In this document: piece by piece, positions 41,506 through 51,258 of the stretch | Layout: every line of letters starts with the position of its first letter | Numbering within the stretch: the first letter of the stretch is position 1 | Source of the DNA: Chloroherpetonaceae bacterium | Lineage (GTDB): Bacteria; Bacteroidota; Chlorobiia; Chlorobiales; Thermochlorobacteraceae | Assembly: GCA_046719715.1 (NCBI GenBank) | Contig: JBDNCJ010000006.1 | Coordinates: 8,492-72,491, forward strand | Length of the DNA: 64,000 nt | Direction: 5' to 3' | Program-made: the position numbers and the translations under genes | The notes under the pieces: generated by a model | Told to the model about the DNA's origin: nothing | Seen by the model: only the letters and a program-made list of their open reading frames with translations | Database searches by the model: none

Positions 41506-41549
41506 AAGGGGGCTTTTTCCTAAAATGAACAGCCACAAGGAGTTTTGCG

Positions 41550-42002
41550 ATGATTCACATTCAAAAAATTCTCTGCCCGATTGACTTTTCGGCGCCGTCT
41601 CGAAACGCGCTTCGCTATGCCAATGAGTTCGCCAAAGCGATGAACGCTAAAATCACCGTCATGCACGTCATACAGCCCCAACCGATTGCCGCCGACGTCA
41701 ATGTGCCTTACGTGCCGCTTGAAATTGAACTTGAAAAAAACGCAAAAGACGATTTAGCGCGAATCGTTAAAGAGGAAGTTCATGATGGCGTTTTGGTCGA
41801 GCAAGTCTTGGCATTTGGCTTGCCGTCGGATTGCGTGATTGCGCAAGCAAGAAAAGAAAACGTCGACCTAATTATTCTGGGCACGCACGGACGAACAGGA
41901 ATTTCCCGCTTGTTGATGGGAAGCACGGCGGAAAGCGTCATTCGCCAAGCCGCGCGTCCCGTTTTAGTCGTCAAAGCGTCTGAAAAAGAGTTTATTTCAT
42001 GA
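41550..42002 (+). CDS. universal stress protein
   Basis: ILCPIDFSAPS ... ILGTHGRTGISRLLMGSTAESVIRQAARPVLVV. Confidence 0.88.
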   Translation: MIHIQKILCPIDFSAPSRNALRYANEFAKAMNAKITVMHVIQPQPIAADVNVPYVPLEIELEKNAKDDLARIVKEEVHDGVLVEQVLAFGLPSDCVIAQARKENVDLIILGTHGRTGISRLLMGSTAESVIRQAARPVLVVKASEKEFIS

Positions 42003-42005
42003 GTT

Positions 42006-42038
42006 CGATTGCGCTTTGCTCAATCGGTTACTTTTTTT
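42006..42038 (+). terminator. possible weak rho-independent terminator after usp
   Basis: 6-bp stem CGATTG (42006-42011) / CAATCG (42021-42026), followed after a short spacer by TTTTTTT (42032-42038). Confidence 0.4.
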
Positions 42039-42092
42039 CCTGAAAGTCCATTTCGTATCTTTCTCGCAAACTTTATTAATCACTCCAATTCT

Positions 42093-42932
42093 ATGTCTTG
42101 GTATAAGCGAGAGCGTCCTTCGGTACTGACTGAAAAGAAACGCGATATGCCCGAAGGACTATGGTGGAAATGCGATGAGTGCGGCGCGACCATTCATCGC
42201 AAACAGTTGGAAGACCATCTCTACACTTGTCCAAGTTGTGGCAATCACTTCCGAATTTCACCTCAAAAGTATTTCGAGATTCTTTTTGACAGCGAAAAGT
42301 TCGAGGAGTTCGATGCCAACCTTCGTTCAGCCGACCCGCTTCATTTCGTCGATACTAAACGCTATGTTGACCGAATCCAGAGCACGATTAAAAAAACGGG
42401 ATTGAACGACGCCTGCCGCAACGCAGTCGGGAAGATTTCAGGACGGGAGACGGTTGTTTCGGCAATGGATTTCGGATTTATCGGCGGCTCGATGGGTTCA
42501 GTGGTGGGCGAAAAAGTGGCACGTGCGATTGATAAAAGCCTCGCACTCAAAGCCCCGCTGGTCGTGATTTCACAATCCGGCGGCGCACGCATGATGGAAG
42601 CGGCTCTTTCGCTGATGCAAATGGCGAAAACTTCCGCTCGTTTGACGCGCCTTCACAAAGCAGGCATTCCATATATCTCACTGATGACCGACCCAACAAC
42701 GGGCGGCGTTACAGCATCGTTTTCTATGCTGGGCGATTTCAACCTTGCCGAACCCGGGGCACTTATCGGCTTTGCCGGTCCGCGCGTCATCAAAGAAACC
42801 ATTCGCCGCGAATTGCCCGACGGATTTCAACGCGCGGAATTTCTGCAAGAACATGGCTTCGTTGATAAAATCGTTCATCGGAGAGAACTCAAAAACACTC
42901 TGTCTCAACTCTTTGACCTCATTTGCGATTAA
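42093..42932 (+). CDS. accD: acetyl-CoA carboxylase carboxyltransferase subunit beta
   Basis: N-terminal zinc ribbon [26 protein letters not shown] and the CT domain ([20 protein letters not shown]). ATG 42093 (MSWYKRE..) is preferred over the ORF-track start at 42009. Confidence 0.94.
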   Translation: MSWYKRERPSVLTEKKRDMPEGLWWKCDECGATIHRKQLEDHLYTCPSCGNHFRISPQKYFEILFDSEKFEEFDANLRSADPLHFVDTKRYVDRIQSTIKKTGLNDACRNAVGKISGRETVVSAMDFGFIGGSMGSVVGEKVARAIDKSLALKAPLVVISQSGGARMMEAALSLMQMAKTSARLTRLHKAGIPYISLMTDPTTGGVTASFSMLGDFNLAEPGALIGFAGPRVIKETIRRELPDGFQRAEFLQEHGFVDKIVHRRELKNTLSQLFDLICD

Positions 42933-42947
42933 CTCGACCGATTAGCT

Positions 42948-43856
42948 ATGAAAGTTCGACTCATCGGCGTTCCTTTGGATTTAGGCTCGGATTATCAAGG
43001 CGCAAATTTAGGTCCTGCCGCCATTCGCATCGCTGGATTGCAAGAGAAGATTGAAGAATTAGGACATGAGGTCTACGACGACGGTGATTTACCCGTCCCG
43101 CCTCGCAAGTCGCTTTCGGTGGGCGCGCCGAATGCCAAGTTCCTTGACACGATTCAGAAAATTGCCACCGACCTTTGCGAGCGCGTTAATCAGGCGTTAA
43201 GCGAAAATGCGTTTCCCGTTGTCATTGGCGGCGACCATGCCATGGCCATCGGCACGATTGCCGGCGTTTCCAAATTTTTCAGACAGCGCGGTCAAAAAAT
43301 CGGACTGATTTGGATTGACGCACATGCCGACATCAACACGCCCGAAACGTCGCCCAGCGGCAACATTCACGGCATGCCGCTTGCCTCCGTTCTCGGCATG
43401 GGGCGTCCTGAACTTGTAAATATCGGCGGCGACGGCACCAAACTTCTGCCCGAACACGTGCATCTTATCGGAATCCGCTCGGTTGATAAAGCTGAGAAAA
43501 CTCTGCTAAAAAAAATGGGCGTTAATTTTTACACCATGACCGACATTGACAAACGCGGCATTCAAGAAATCATCAGCAAAGCCTCTGCGCATTTGGTTAA
43601 ATCCGTCGATGCCATTCACATCAGCCTTGATTTGGACGGATTAGACCCCGACATCGCGCCCGGCGTTGCAACGCCTGTCAAAGGCGGTCTCGACTACCGC
43701 GAAGCCCACCTCATCATGGAAACGATTGCGGAAACAGGCAAACTCGCTTCAATGGAAGTTGCCGAGCATAATCCGATTTTGGATATTCGAAATCGCACCG
43801 CCGAAACGGCAGTCGAGCTTATTCAATCCGCACTCGGTAAACGCATTGTCGATTAA
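42948..43856 (+). CDS. rocF: arginase (ureohydrolase family)
   Basis: Mn-binding blocks GGDHAMAIG, WIDAHADINTPETSPSGNIHGMPLA and SLDLDGLDP. Confidence 0.88.
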   Translation: MKVRLIGVPLDLGSDYQGANLGPAAIRIAGLQEKIEELGHEVYDDGDLPVPPRKSLSVGAPNAKFLDTIQKIATDLCERVNQALSENAFPVVIGGDHAMAIGTIAGVSKFFRQRGQKIGLIWIDAHADINTPETSPSGNIHGMPLASVLGMGRPELVNIGGDGTKLLPEHVHLIGIRSVDKAEKTLLKKMGVNFYTMTDIDKRGIQEIISKASAHLVKSVDAIHISLDLDGLDPDIAPGVATPVKGGLDYREAHLIMETIAETGKLASMEVAEHNPILDIRNRTAETAVELIQSALGKRIVD

Positions 43857-43877
43857 CCTCAAAATAAACTTCTACCA

Positions 43878-44261
43878 ATGATTATTTTTATTGACGACGA
43901 TACACAGATTTTAGAAGTCCTCAACGATTTTTTCAGCGACCTCTACGAAGTAAAAACCTTTGACCAGCCTTGGCAAGCCCTTCGTTTCATTGAAGACAAC
44001 AAACGCTTGATTGAAGTTTGCGTTACCGATTACAAAATGCCCACCGCAAATGGGATAGAACTTGCCAAAAAAATTCGTGCGGTTGACCCCAACATCATGA
44101 TTATCCTCATGTCGGGCTTCATTGACTTTCCGACCATTGAAGAACACTTGAAATCACGCTTGATTTACCAATTCATCAACAAGCCTTTCGTTTTGGAGCG
44201 AATGGCGCAAACGATTGAAACAGCGAGTAAAATTTATTTAAAGAAAAGTTCTCTTTTATAA
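43878..44261 (+). CDS. stand-alone response regulator receiver protein
   Basis: 127 aa. IIFIDDD.., acceptor context VCVTDYKMPTANG, ILMSGF and the conserved K in FINKPF. Confidence 0.85.
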   Translation: MIIFIDDDTQILEVLNDFFSDLYEVKTFDQPWQALRFIEDNKRLIEVCVTDYKMPTANGIELAKKIRAVDPNIMIILMSGFIDFPTIEEHLKSRLIYQFINKPFVLERMAQTIETASKIYLKKSSLL

Positions 44262-44281
44262 TTGTGATTCTTTTAACCAAT

Positions 44282-44312
44282 GAGCCAGCGCGCGCCGGCT
44301 CGTTCTTTTATT
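44282..44312 (+). terminator. rho-independent terminator after the receiver gene
   Basis: GC-rich near-palindrome GAGCCAGCGCGCGCCGGCTC (44282-44301), followed by GTTCTTTTATT. Confidence 0.6.
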
Positions 44313-44337
44313 CCTTAACACAAACCGCATCTCAACA

Positions 44338-47300
44338 ATGAAAAACACACGACTCTTAACGCTTCTGCTTGTGTTGCTTCTGCAGACGTTTGCTTTTGCG
44401 CAAGCACAAGAGTCAAACTCCGAGCGGACGTTTGAACAACTCTTTGCCGAAAAAAATGCACGCACGCCGGCACAGCAAAAAATTGAATCCAACATTCTGC
44501 AAAAAGCGTCGGCAATGCGCCAAGCAGGCTTGACGTCGCAAAACGCTCAAATGCGAAACGCCAGTCAGTTCAGCGATAAGCACGGCGTTCAAGTCGATGA
44601 ACAAGGCAGAGTTTATGTGTATCTGCGTCCGACGAAGAGCGCGACCTTTGAGCAACTTGAATCCATCGCGCTTCAATATGGTGCAAAACTTGGCGCCACC
44701 AATTCAGAGTTCAAAATCGTTCAAGCGTGGATTCCGTTTGATAAGTTGGAAGACGTGGCAGGACAAGCGGCGATTGCCTCTATTCAGCCCGTCTTGCGTC
44801 CTGTAACACAAGTAGGCAGTGTGATTTCACAAGGTCGTGATAAATCGCGCGCCAACACGATTCACACGCGCTACAACGTGCGCGGCGGCGGCGTGAAAGT
44901 CGGCGTGCTTTCCGACGGATGCGACGGGTTTCAACAATCCATCGCGTCAGGCGACTTGATTGGACTTCAAGTGATTGACAACAGCGCGGGCGGCGCTGAA
45001 GGAACGGCGATGCTTGAAATCATTCAGGACGTTGCGCCGCTTTCCAACCTTGCCTTTGCAACGGCATTTGGCGGTGTTGGTGGATTCATCAACAACATTC
45101 AAGCCCTTGCCGATGCGGGTTGCAAAGTCATTACCGACGACGTGCGCTACTTCGGCGAACCTGTCTATGAAGACGGTCCGATTGCGCAAAAGGTCGACCA
45201 AGTTGCAACGATTAACGACGTCGTCTATACCTCTTCGGCGGGCAATAACAACCTTGAAACCTACTCGACTGACCTCTATGTCGGAATGTCGCCCGTTACT
45301 TTACCGCAACTTGTCGGCACGGTTCACAACTTTGGCACGCAAGCCTCACCTGACGATAATCAAACATTTAGCGCACCGACTAGCGCAGGCGTCTCGGTTG
45401 AACTTCAATGGGCAGATGCCTTCGGTGCCTCGAGCAACGACTACGACCTTTACATTGTCAATTTGAATAACAACACCATCGTTGCCAGCGGCACGAGCAC
45501 ACAAAACGGCACACAAGACCCGTTGGAATTTGCCACGCTCAGCGCGGGCGGCACATTCCGCGCCGTTGTGCATTTGAAGAGCGGCAACCCCGTTCCATTC
45601 AAAATTTTCTACCGCTCGTTTGCAGGCACAGCTTCAATTAGCCTTTCATCACCAGCGGCACCGCAAATTGCAAATACGGGCGGACACGCGGGCGCAAATG
45701 GCGCATTAGGGTGCGCGGCAGTCAATGGCGGCACAACGGCGACGACAGGCTCACCATCCGCAATTCGCAATTACAGCGCACGCGGTCCTGTAACGATTTA
45801 CAACGGCGGATTCCCAAACCTTTTGGAGACGCGCAATAAGCCCGACATTACAAGTTTCGACGGCGTGCGCGTTACGGGCAACGGCGGATTCCCAACCGTC
45901 TTTGATGGCACTTCGGCGGCGGCACCGCATGTGGCGGGCATTGCGGCACTCATTCGTTCTGCAAGTCGCAACCTCACGGCGGCACAAGTGCGCAACGCGA
46001 TTCGCAACACCGCCGTGGATTTAGGCGACGCCGGCTTTGACCCCGTCTTCGGATTTGGACGCGCCGACGCATACAGCGCCGTAACTTCCGTGCTTGAAGG
46101 CACCGCGATTTATCAGAACCTAAATCTTCTGGCGATTCCCGACAATGACACGACGGGCGTCAGTGTTACGGTCAATGTCAGTGGCTCTGGCACCGTGAGT
46201 TATGTTGCCTTGAGCCTCTCGACGACGCATACGCGCTTAGGCGATTTAGTCGTTACGCTTCGCTCGCCGACGGGCACAACGCGCACGCTTGTCAATCGCT
46301 CGGGTGCAACCACAGGTGCGTCAACGGCTCAACGCGCACATATTGCCCTTGAAAATGTCGGCGCGCTTTCGATTGGCACGACGCAAACGAACGCAAACCT
46401 CATCGGCTACTTCCGACCTGTTCCTGATACATTTGCTTTCTTCGGAGAGGCAATTAATGGGAACTGGATTGTTACGGTTTCCGACCGCGCCGCAACCAAC
46501 GTCGGCGCACTTCAACAAGTTGGGTTAATCATCAACGCGACGCCGGCACTTGCCGCGCCCGTATTTGTTTCTACACCGCCGACCGTTGTTGTTGGAGGTT
46601 CAGTCTACTCTTACACGGCGATTGCGGCAGGCAATCCCACACCGACGCTCTCTCTGACGACCGCACCACAAGGCATGACGCTTAATTCTGCGACGGGCGC
46701 AATCAGTTGGAATACGCAAAGCGTTGCCTTCGGCACATATCCCGTCGTCGTTCAAGCGCAAAATTCGCAAGGCACGGTTACACAAGAGTTCAGCGTTACC
46801 GTCCGCGCCAGCGATTGGACGCGCCAAACGCCCGCCGCACAACTTGCCAACTTCCAACTCTACGAAGTCGCGCTTGCCGGCGGCAGTGATACGCTCAATA
46901 TCTGGGCGGTCGGTTCGCAATCGCTTCAATCCGGTCCGACGCGCGTCATGCGTAGTACCGACGGCGGCACGACTTGGACAAACGCCACAGGAAATCTGAC
47001 CACATCAGGCAGAGCCTTCACGATTGGTGCGGCGTCTGACCAAATTGCGGTTGTCGGCTTTGAAAACGGCACGGCGTTCCGAACCGTGAACGGCGGCACG
47101 ACTTGGTCGGCGGTTACTTGGCCTCCGCCCGTCAATACCTTTATGAACCGTGTTCTCTTCGTCAGCCCAACCGTCGGTTATGCACAAGGCGACCACGCCC
47201 CTGCGCCCAACCTTCAATGGCCCGTCTATAAAACCACTGACGCAGGCGCAACTTGGACACTCACCAATACGCCAAACGCCTTGCAACAAGGCAGCGATAT

Positions 47301-48105
47301 TGAGTATGGACAAAATTCCGGCGTGTTCTTCCTCAACGAAAACATCGGTTGGTTTACGGGCGTGATTGGCAACAGTCCGCAAACTTCGCCCAGCCGCGTC
47401 TATCGCACCACAGATGGCGGAAATTCTTGGTCATTTACGACACTCCCACAAGGCACGGGCTTCAACATCAACATTGCCGCTTTTGATGCGAATAATGTTT
47501 TCGTGATGATGCAACAAGCCGCCCCGACCGTCCGACGTTCGACTGACGGCGGCGCCACCTTCGTCAACCCGACGCCCGGACTTTCCACGATTCCCACTGC
47601 GATTGCCGCACGCCCAAATACAAACGAACTTTATGTAACCACCTCCAACAGTATTCTCAAATCCACCGACGGCGGCAATACTTGGACACCCGAAGCGATT
47701 CCTTCCATAATCACAAGCCTTAACTTCCTCATCTTCGCTAACGAGCGTCATGGTTGGGCTTGCGGCGCAAACGGTATGATTGTCAAATATCAACCTGCAA
47801 CGACTTCCTCCGTCGGCGGCGGCACGATTTCGGAGAAACCCTCCGCCTTCAAACTCATGCAGAACTATCCGAACCCGTTCAACCCCGCAACCACTATCAC
47901 CTATCAACTTGCGGCGTTCAGCGATGTGAAGTTGGAAGTCTTCGACGTGCTCGGCAGAAAAGTCGCAACGCTTGTCAATGCACGTCAAACGGCGGGCGCA
48001 CACAGCGTCAACTTCAATGCGTCGGCTTTCGCCAGCGGCGTCTATTTCTATCGCTTGCAAGCCGGTTCATTTGTTGAAACGAAGAAGATGATGCTCGTCA
48101 AGTAA
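44338..48105 (+). CDS. secreted multidomain S8 subtilisin-like protease with P-domain, Ig-like domain, six-Asp-box beta-propeller and T9SS C-terminal sorting domain
   Basis: Signal peptide. S8 residues include VGVLSDG and GTSAAAPHVAGIAALI. Proprotein-convertase P-domain-like block LGDLVVTLRSPTGTTRTLVNRSG, and an Ig-like block (APQGMTLNSATGAISWNT). Six BNR/Asp-box motifs are present: STDGGTTW, VNGGTTW, TTDAGATW, TTDGGNSW, STDGGATF, STDGGNTW. Por_Secre_tail-like end: YPNPFNPATTITYQL...GVYFYRLQAGSFVETKKMMLVK. Confidence 0.85.
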   Translation: MKNTRLLTLLLVLLLQTFAFAQAQESNSERTFEQLFAEKNARTPAQQKIESNILQKASAMRQAGLTSQNAQMRNASQFSDKHGVQVDEQGRVYVYLRPTKSATFEQLESIALQYGAKLGATNSEFKIVQAWIPFDKLEDVAGQAAIASIQPVLRPVTQVGSVISQGRDKSRANTIHTRYNVRGGGVKVGVLSDGCDGFQQSIASGDLIGLQVIDNSAGGAEGTAMLEIIQDVAPLSNLAFATAFGGVGGFINNIQALADAGCKVITDDVRYFGEPVYEDGPIAQKVDQVATINDVVYTSSAGNNNLETYSTDLYVGMSPVTLPQLVGTVHNFGTQASPDDNQTFSAPTSAGVSVELQWADAFGASSNDYDLYIVNLNNNTIVASGTSTQNGTQDPLEFATLSAGGTFRAVVHLKSGNPVPFKIFYRSFAGTASISLSSPAAPQIANTGGHAGANGALGCAAVNGGTTATTGSPSAIRNYSARGPVTIYNGGFPNLLETRNKPDITSFDGVRVTGNGGFPTVFDGTSAAAPHVAGIAALIRSASRNLTAAQVRNAIRNTAVDLGDAGFDPVFGFGRADAYSAVTSVLEGTAIYQNLNLLAIPDNDTTGVSVTVNVSGSGTVSYVALSLSTTHTRLGDLVVTLRSPTGTTRTLVNRSGATTGASTAQRAHIALENVGALSIGTTQTNANLIGYFRPVPDTFAFFGEAINGNWIVTVSDRAATNVGALQQVGLIINATPALAAPVFVSTPPTVVVGGSVYSYTAIAAGNPTPTLSLTTAPQGMTLNSATGAISWNTQSVAFGTYPVVVQAQNSQGTVTQEFSVTVRASDWTRQTPAAQLANFQLYEVALAGGSDTLNIWAVGSQSLQSGPTRVMRSTDGGTTWTNATGNLTTSGRAFTIGAASDQIAVVGFENGTAFRTVNGGTTWSAVTWPPPVNTFMNRVLFVSPTVGYAQGDHAPAPNLQWPVYKTTDAGATWTLTNTPNALQQGSDIEYGQNSGVFFLNENIGWFTGVIGNSPQTSPSRVYRTTDGGNSWSFTTLPQGTGFNINIAAFDANNVFVMMQQAAPTVRRSTDGGATFVNPTPGLSTIPTAIAARPNTNELYVTTSNSILKSTDGGNTWTPEAIPSIITSLNFLIFANERHGWACGANGMIVKYQPATTSSVGGGTISEKPSAFKLMQNYPNPFNPATTITYQLAAFSDVKLEVFDVLGRKVATLVNARQTAGAHSVNFNASAFASGVYFYRLQAGSFVETKKMMLVK

Positions 48106-48106
48106 A

Positions 48107-48176
48107 GAGGTTGAAGGTGAGAGGTTGAAGGTGAGAGGTTGAAGGTGAGAGGTTGAAGGTGAAAGGTTGAAAGTTG
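48107..48176. repeat. 14-nt tandem repeat GAGGTTGAAGGTGA, 4 perfect + 1 degenerate copy
   Basis: Read directly: 48107-48120, 48121-48134, 48135-48148 and 48149-48162 are identical, and 48163-48176 is degenerate. There is no cytosine on the + strand across the tract. It lies between the protease stop codon and its terminator. Confidence 0.95.
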
Positions 48177-48198
48177 GTTAGGGATTCTCTTACAAATC

Positions 48199-48227
48199 GG
48201 GGCGGGCGTTTGGCTCGCCCCTTTTTT
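48199..48227 (+). terminator. rho-independent terminator of the S8/T9SS protease gene
   Basis: 9-bp GC-rich stem GGGGCGGGC / GCTCGCCCC (one G-U pair) with loop GTTTG, followed by TTTTTT. Confidence 0.85.
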
Positions 48228-48264
48228 ATTCAAGCGTTTCTATGATGATTGATTTTATGAAAGT

Positions 48265-49212
48265 TTAATAAATCGTCTTTGTGCTGATACTGCTTCGCAA
48301 CGCGCTGAGCAGTTCTTCGATGGAACGAGAGGCTGACTCGTCGCTTCGGAACACTTTTTTCTCCATCGCTTTTAAGTTGAAGGCTGGATTTTGTCCCGAA
48401 ACTTTGAAATGAAGCACGGCTGATTCAACTGTCAGACGGAGCGATTCGCGCGGAAACGGTTTGACAAGATAACGATACACGCTTCCTTCGTTAATCATTC
48501 GAATGGCTTGCTTTGCATCTTGCGAACTGGTCATCAAAATGGTAACAATGTTTGGATATTTGTCCTTAACTGCAATTAAAAAATCTCCGCCATTGATTTC
48601 GCCAAGTTCTACATCAGCGACAACAACGGCAATGTTATGTCTGGGAATCCATTCAAAGGCGTCGAGTGCATCGGTGGTAATGTGTGTTTTATACTTCGGC
48701 TCAAAGAAGGCTTTGAATTGCTCCAAGTGCTTGGGATTGCTGTCGACAAAGAGCAGTTCGTATTCCGATGTCCCCTCGCTTGGCATTTGAAGTGATGGAA
48801 TGGCGAGAGCCGACGGTCTCGATGCGGTCATAGCACGGCGCTGCTCGGCAACGGTGCAAGCAAATCGGACGGTTTCTTTGAGTTTTTCAGCATTCCAAGG
48901 TTTGTTGATATATCGGAAAATTTCGCCGACATTGACTGAATCGACAACGGCTTGCAAATCGGCGTAACCCGTCATCAAAATTCGGATTGAGTTCGGTGAA
49001 ATTTCTTTTGCACATCGCAGAAAGTCTACACCCGACATTTGCGGCATGCGTTGGTCGCTGATAACAACATCTATCGTATTCTGTTTCAAAATTTCTAACG
49101 CGTCCGCGCCGCTTTCCGCCGTGAAAACGATGTATTCATCAAAGAGAATACTGAGCGATTGCAGAATCAGGGGTTCATCATCAACGAATAACAGTTTCGA
49201 TTGGCTTGACAT
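48265..49212 (-). CDS. response regulator with two tandem receiver domains and no output domain
   Basis: REC1: LLFVDDEPL..VVISDQRMPQMSG..NKPW. REC2: LLFVDSNPK..VVVADVELGEINGGDF..LVKPF. Confidence 0.85.
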   Translation of the reverse strand: MSSQSKLLFVDDEPLILQSLSILFDEYIVFTAESGADALEILKQNTIDVVISDQRMPQMSGVDFLRCAKEISPNSIRILMTGYADLQAVVDSVNVGEIFRYINKPWNAEKLKETVRFACTVAEQRRAMTASRPSALAIPSLQMPSEGTSEYELLFVDSNPKHLEQFKAFFEPKYKTHITTDALDAFEWIPRHNIAVVVADVELGEINGGDFLIAVKDKYPNIVTILMTSSQDAKQAIRMINEGSVYRYLVKPFPRESLRLTVESAVLHFKVSGQNPAFNLKAMEKKVFRSDESASRSIEELLSALRSSISTKTIY

Positions 49213-49348
49213 CGTAAAATAGTTTCGTGGTAAAAAAGTTTGATGCTTCAGGCTTTGCGAATAAATCAGATAATTTCCGATGACTTAGCCTAACAGTTGG
49301 CGGGCTGAATGTATGTTCAACCCGCTCCTTTGAAACCTTGCGCCCGAC

Positions 49349-50983
49349 TTATTCGGCGAAGGGTGAATCGGCGAAGGGCGAATTTACGCTTTGCTTGCTT
49401 GCGCCAACAGGGGTTGCACTTGAAATAGGCAAGGTGATGGTAAATTCCGTTCCGCGTCCGACTTGGCTTTGCACATCGATTTTCCCGCCGTGCTTTTCAA
49501 TGATTTTGTAAGCGATAGAAAGCCCAAGCCCGGTGCCTTGTCCGACGGGCTTCGTTGTAAAGAACGGGTCAAAAATTTTCTTCAAGTTTTCGGGCGGTAT
49601 GCCTTTGCCGTTGTCAATGACTTTGACCACGACGTGATTACCTTGCGTCATGGTTTTGATGGTAATTCTTCCTGTGCGCTCATCGACGGCGTGAACGGCG
49701 TTGGTGATGAGGTTCAAGAAGACTTGGTTCATTTGAGCAGGGAAGGCTTGAACCAGCGGCACTTGGGTGAACTCTTTGATGACTTGAATGCCACCTTTGA
49801 ACATGTGTCCGGCAATTTTGAGCGTCGTCTCGATATTTTCGTTCATATCAGTCGGCTTGAAGTCGGCTTCGTCCAAGCGCGAGAAGTTTTTGAGGTTGAG
49901 CACCAAGTCTTGAATTCGGTCGATGCCTTCAACCGAACTGCGAAAGAGGTTTTCGGATTCTTGCCAGATTCGGTTCTTCACTTTTTGAGCGGCGTTATCG
50001 ATTTGCGAGAGAAGCAACGCGACGTCGTTTGGACTGCCATACATGATTTGCGAGCGCAGCTTTTCGTATAGTGCGATGAGTTCTTTGATTTCTTTGTTTT
50101 TGGACTCGAGCATTTCAATGTTGTTCTTGACGAATCCAAGCGGCGTGTTCATTTCGTGCGCCAAGCCTGCGACCATTTGACCGAGCGACGACATTTTTTC
50201 CGTCTGCATCATCATCACTTCATTTTGACGCGATTCTTCTCGCAGATGCGAGAGTTCGGTAACGTCCATAACGAAGGTTACTTTTTTCGGCTTGCCGTCC
50301 GTTCCGACGATTCGCGCGGCATCGGCGAGAATGGTAAGCAGTTTTCCCGACTTGTGAACCGTGTTCCATTCCCCACGAATTTCTTTGTAGCCTGCAAGGT
50401 ATTTGTCGTGCAAATCTTTCCAGAAGTCCTTTTTATCGGGCTGAACAATCATTGTGAAGGATTTACCAATCAAATCCGCAGGTTGATAACCGTAAATGTC
50501 GGAATAGGCTTTATTGACATATTCAAAAATGCAGTCTTGATTGGTGATACAGATGCCGAGTGGTGTTGCGTCGATGATGGTTCTCAAGCGCGCTTCGCTC
50601 TGCCTAATGGCTTCGTCGACACCGGCGCCAGAGGAAATTGAAGCGGGCGCTGGCGACGGAGTAGCAGGCGCAATCGGCTGTCCGCCTTGTCGCATTTGCA
50701 GTTTTTTCAACCATTCATCGTAGCCCATGGGCGGCGGTTCGCCATTTGTAGCTGTTGGCGGAGCGTGCATCGGCGCGCCAGAGACGGGCAGTTGAAGTTG
50801 TTGCATGAATTGCTGCGTAGCAACGGAAAACTCCGACGCCAGCATACGCGGCGAAAGATTCGGCGGCAGTTGCCCCGTTTGTTGCGCCCTCATCAACTCC
50901 TCGAGCAACTCCATTTGCTCAATAGATTTCAAAGCTTTTTTGAGCGACTTTTTGATTTTTTTGTAATCGAGCATAGCTGTCAA
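49349..50983 (-). CDS. PAS-domain sensor histidine kinase (soluble)
   Basis: The N-terminus is Pro/Gln-rich and low-complexity. PAS region (ITNQDCIFEYVNKAYSDIYGY). H-box LAHEMNTPLGFV. ATPase boxes LNLITNAVHA, DNGKGIP and GTGLGLSIAYKIIEKHGG. Confidence 0.9.
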   Translation of the reverse strand: MTAMLDYKKIKKSLKKALKSIEQMELLEELMRAQQTGQLPPNLSPRMLASEFSVATQQFMQQLQLPVSGAPMHAPPTATNGEPPPMGYDEWLKKLQMRQGGQPIAPATPSPAPASISSGAGVDEAIRQSEARLRTIIDATPLGICITNQDCIFEYVNKAYSDIYGYQPADLIGKSFTMIVQPDKKDFWKDLHDKYLAGYKEIRGEWNTVHKSGKLLTILADAARIVGTDGKPKKVTFVMDVTELSHLREESRQNEVMMMQTEKMSSLGQMVAGLAHEMNTPLGFVKNNIEMLESKNKEIKELIALYEKLRSQIMYGSPNDVALLLSQIDNAAQKVKNRIWQESENLFRSSVEGIDRIQDLVLNLKNFSRLDEADFKPTDMNENIETTLKIAGHMFKGGIQVIKEFTQVPLVQAFPAQMNQVFLNLITNAVHAVDERTGRITIKTMTQGNHVVVKVIDNGKGIPPENLKKIFDPFFTTKPVGQGTGLGLSIAYKIIEKHGGKIDVQSQVGRGTEFTITLPISSATPVGASKQSVNSPFADSPFAE

Positions 50984-51258
50984 TGTTTGTGATTGGAGCG
51001 AGTTATGCTTCCCGTTGCCCGCTCATTGAATTAAACCTGTCTATTGCAATGTGAAAGCTATGTTTGAACACAGTTTCATCGCATATAAAACTAACTCAAT
51101 TCGTTTGTAAAGGCAAACCATGTGCCAAAGCCTTAACGATTTGGAAAAATGTTCTTTCCCTCGCGCTTGGCTTGTTTGCGTCGGCTTTGATGCACAATTT
51201 TCGCCGATTGTGGAAGAAAATACGCCAAGTGCTATGGCTCGTTTAACGGTTTAACACT

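Noticed and set aside
42009-42092. Upstream-extended ORF-track starts (accD 42009, ntrC-like 57420, large OM protein 59012, GT2 9022, rfaE 23487, DUF2256 33033, lipoprotein 29531)
   Set aside because: The extensions overlap upstream genes, use non-ATG codons, or remove otherwise canonical N-termini and signal peptides. Internal starts give family-typical N-termini.
48107-48176. Possibility that the 14-nt tandem repeat is a CRISPR array
   Set aside because: The units abut directly with no spacers, and 14 nt is far shorter than CRISPR repeats. No cas genes are adjacent. It is a simple tandem repeat.
51064-51246. 60-aa plus-strand ORF upstream of the PAS kinase
   Set aside because: It uses a non-ATG start in the ORF track, has no RBS and no conservation cues, and lies in a probable promoter region.
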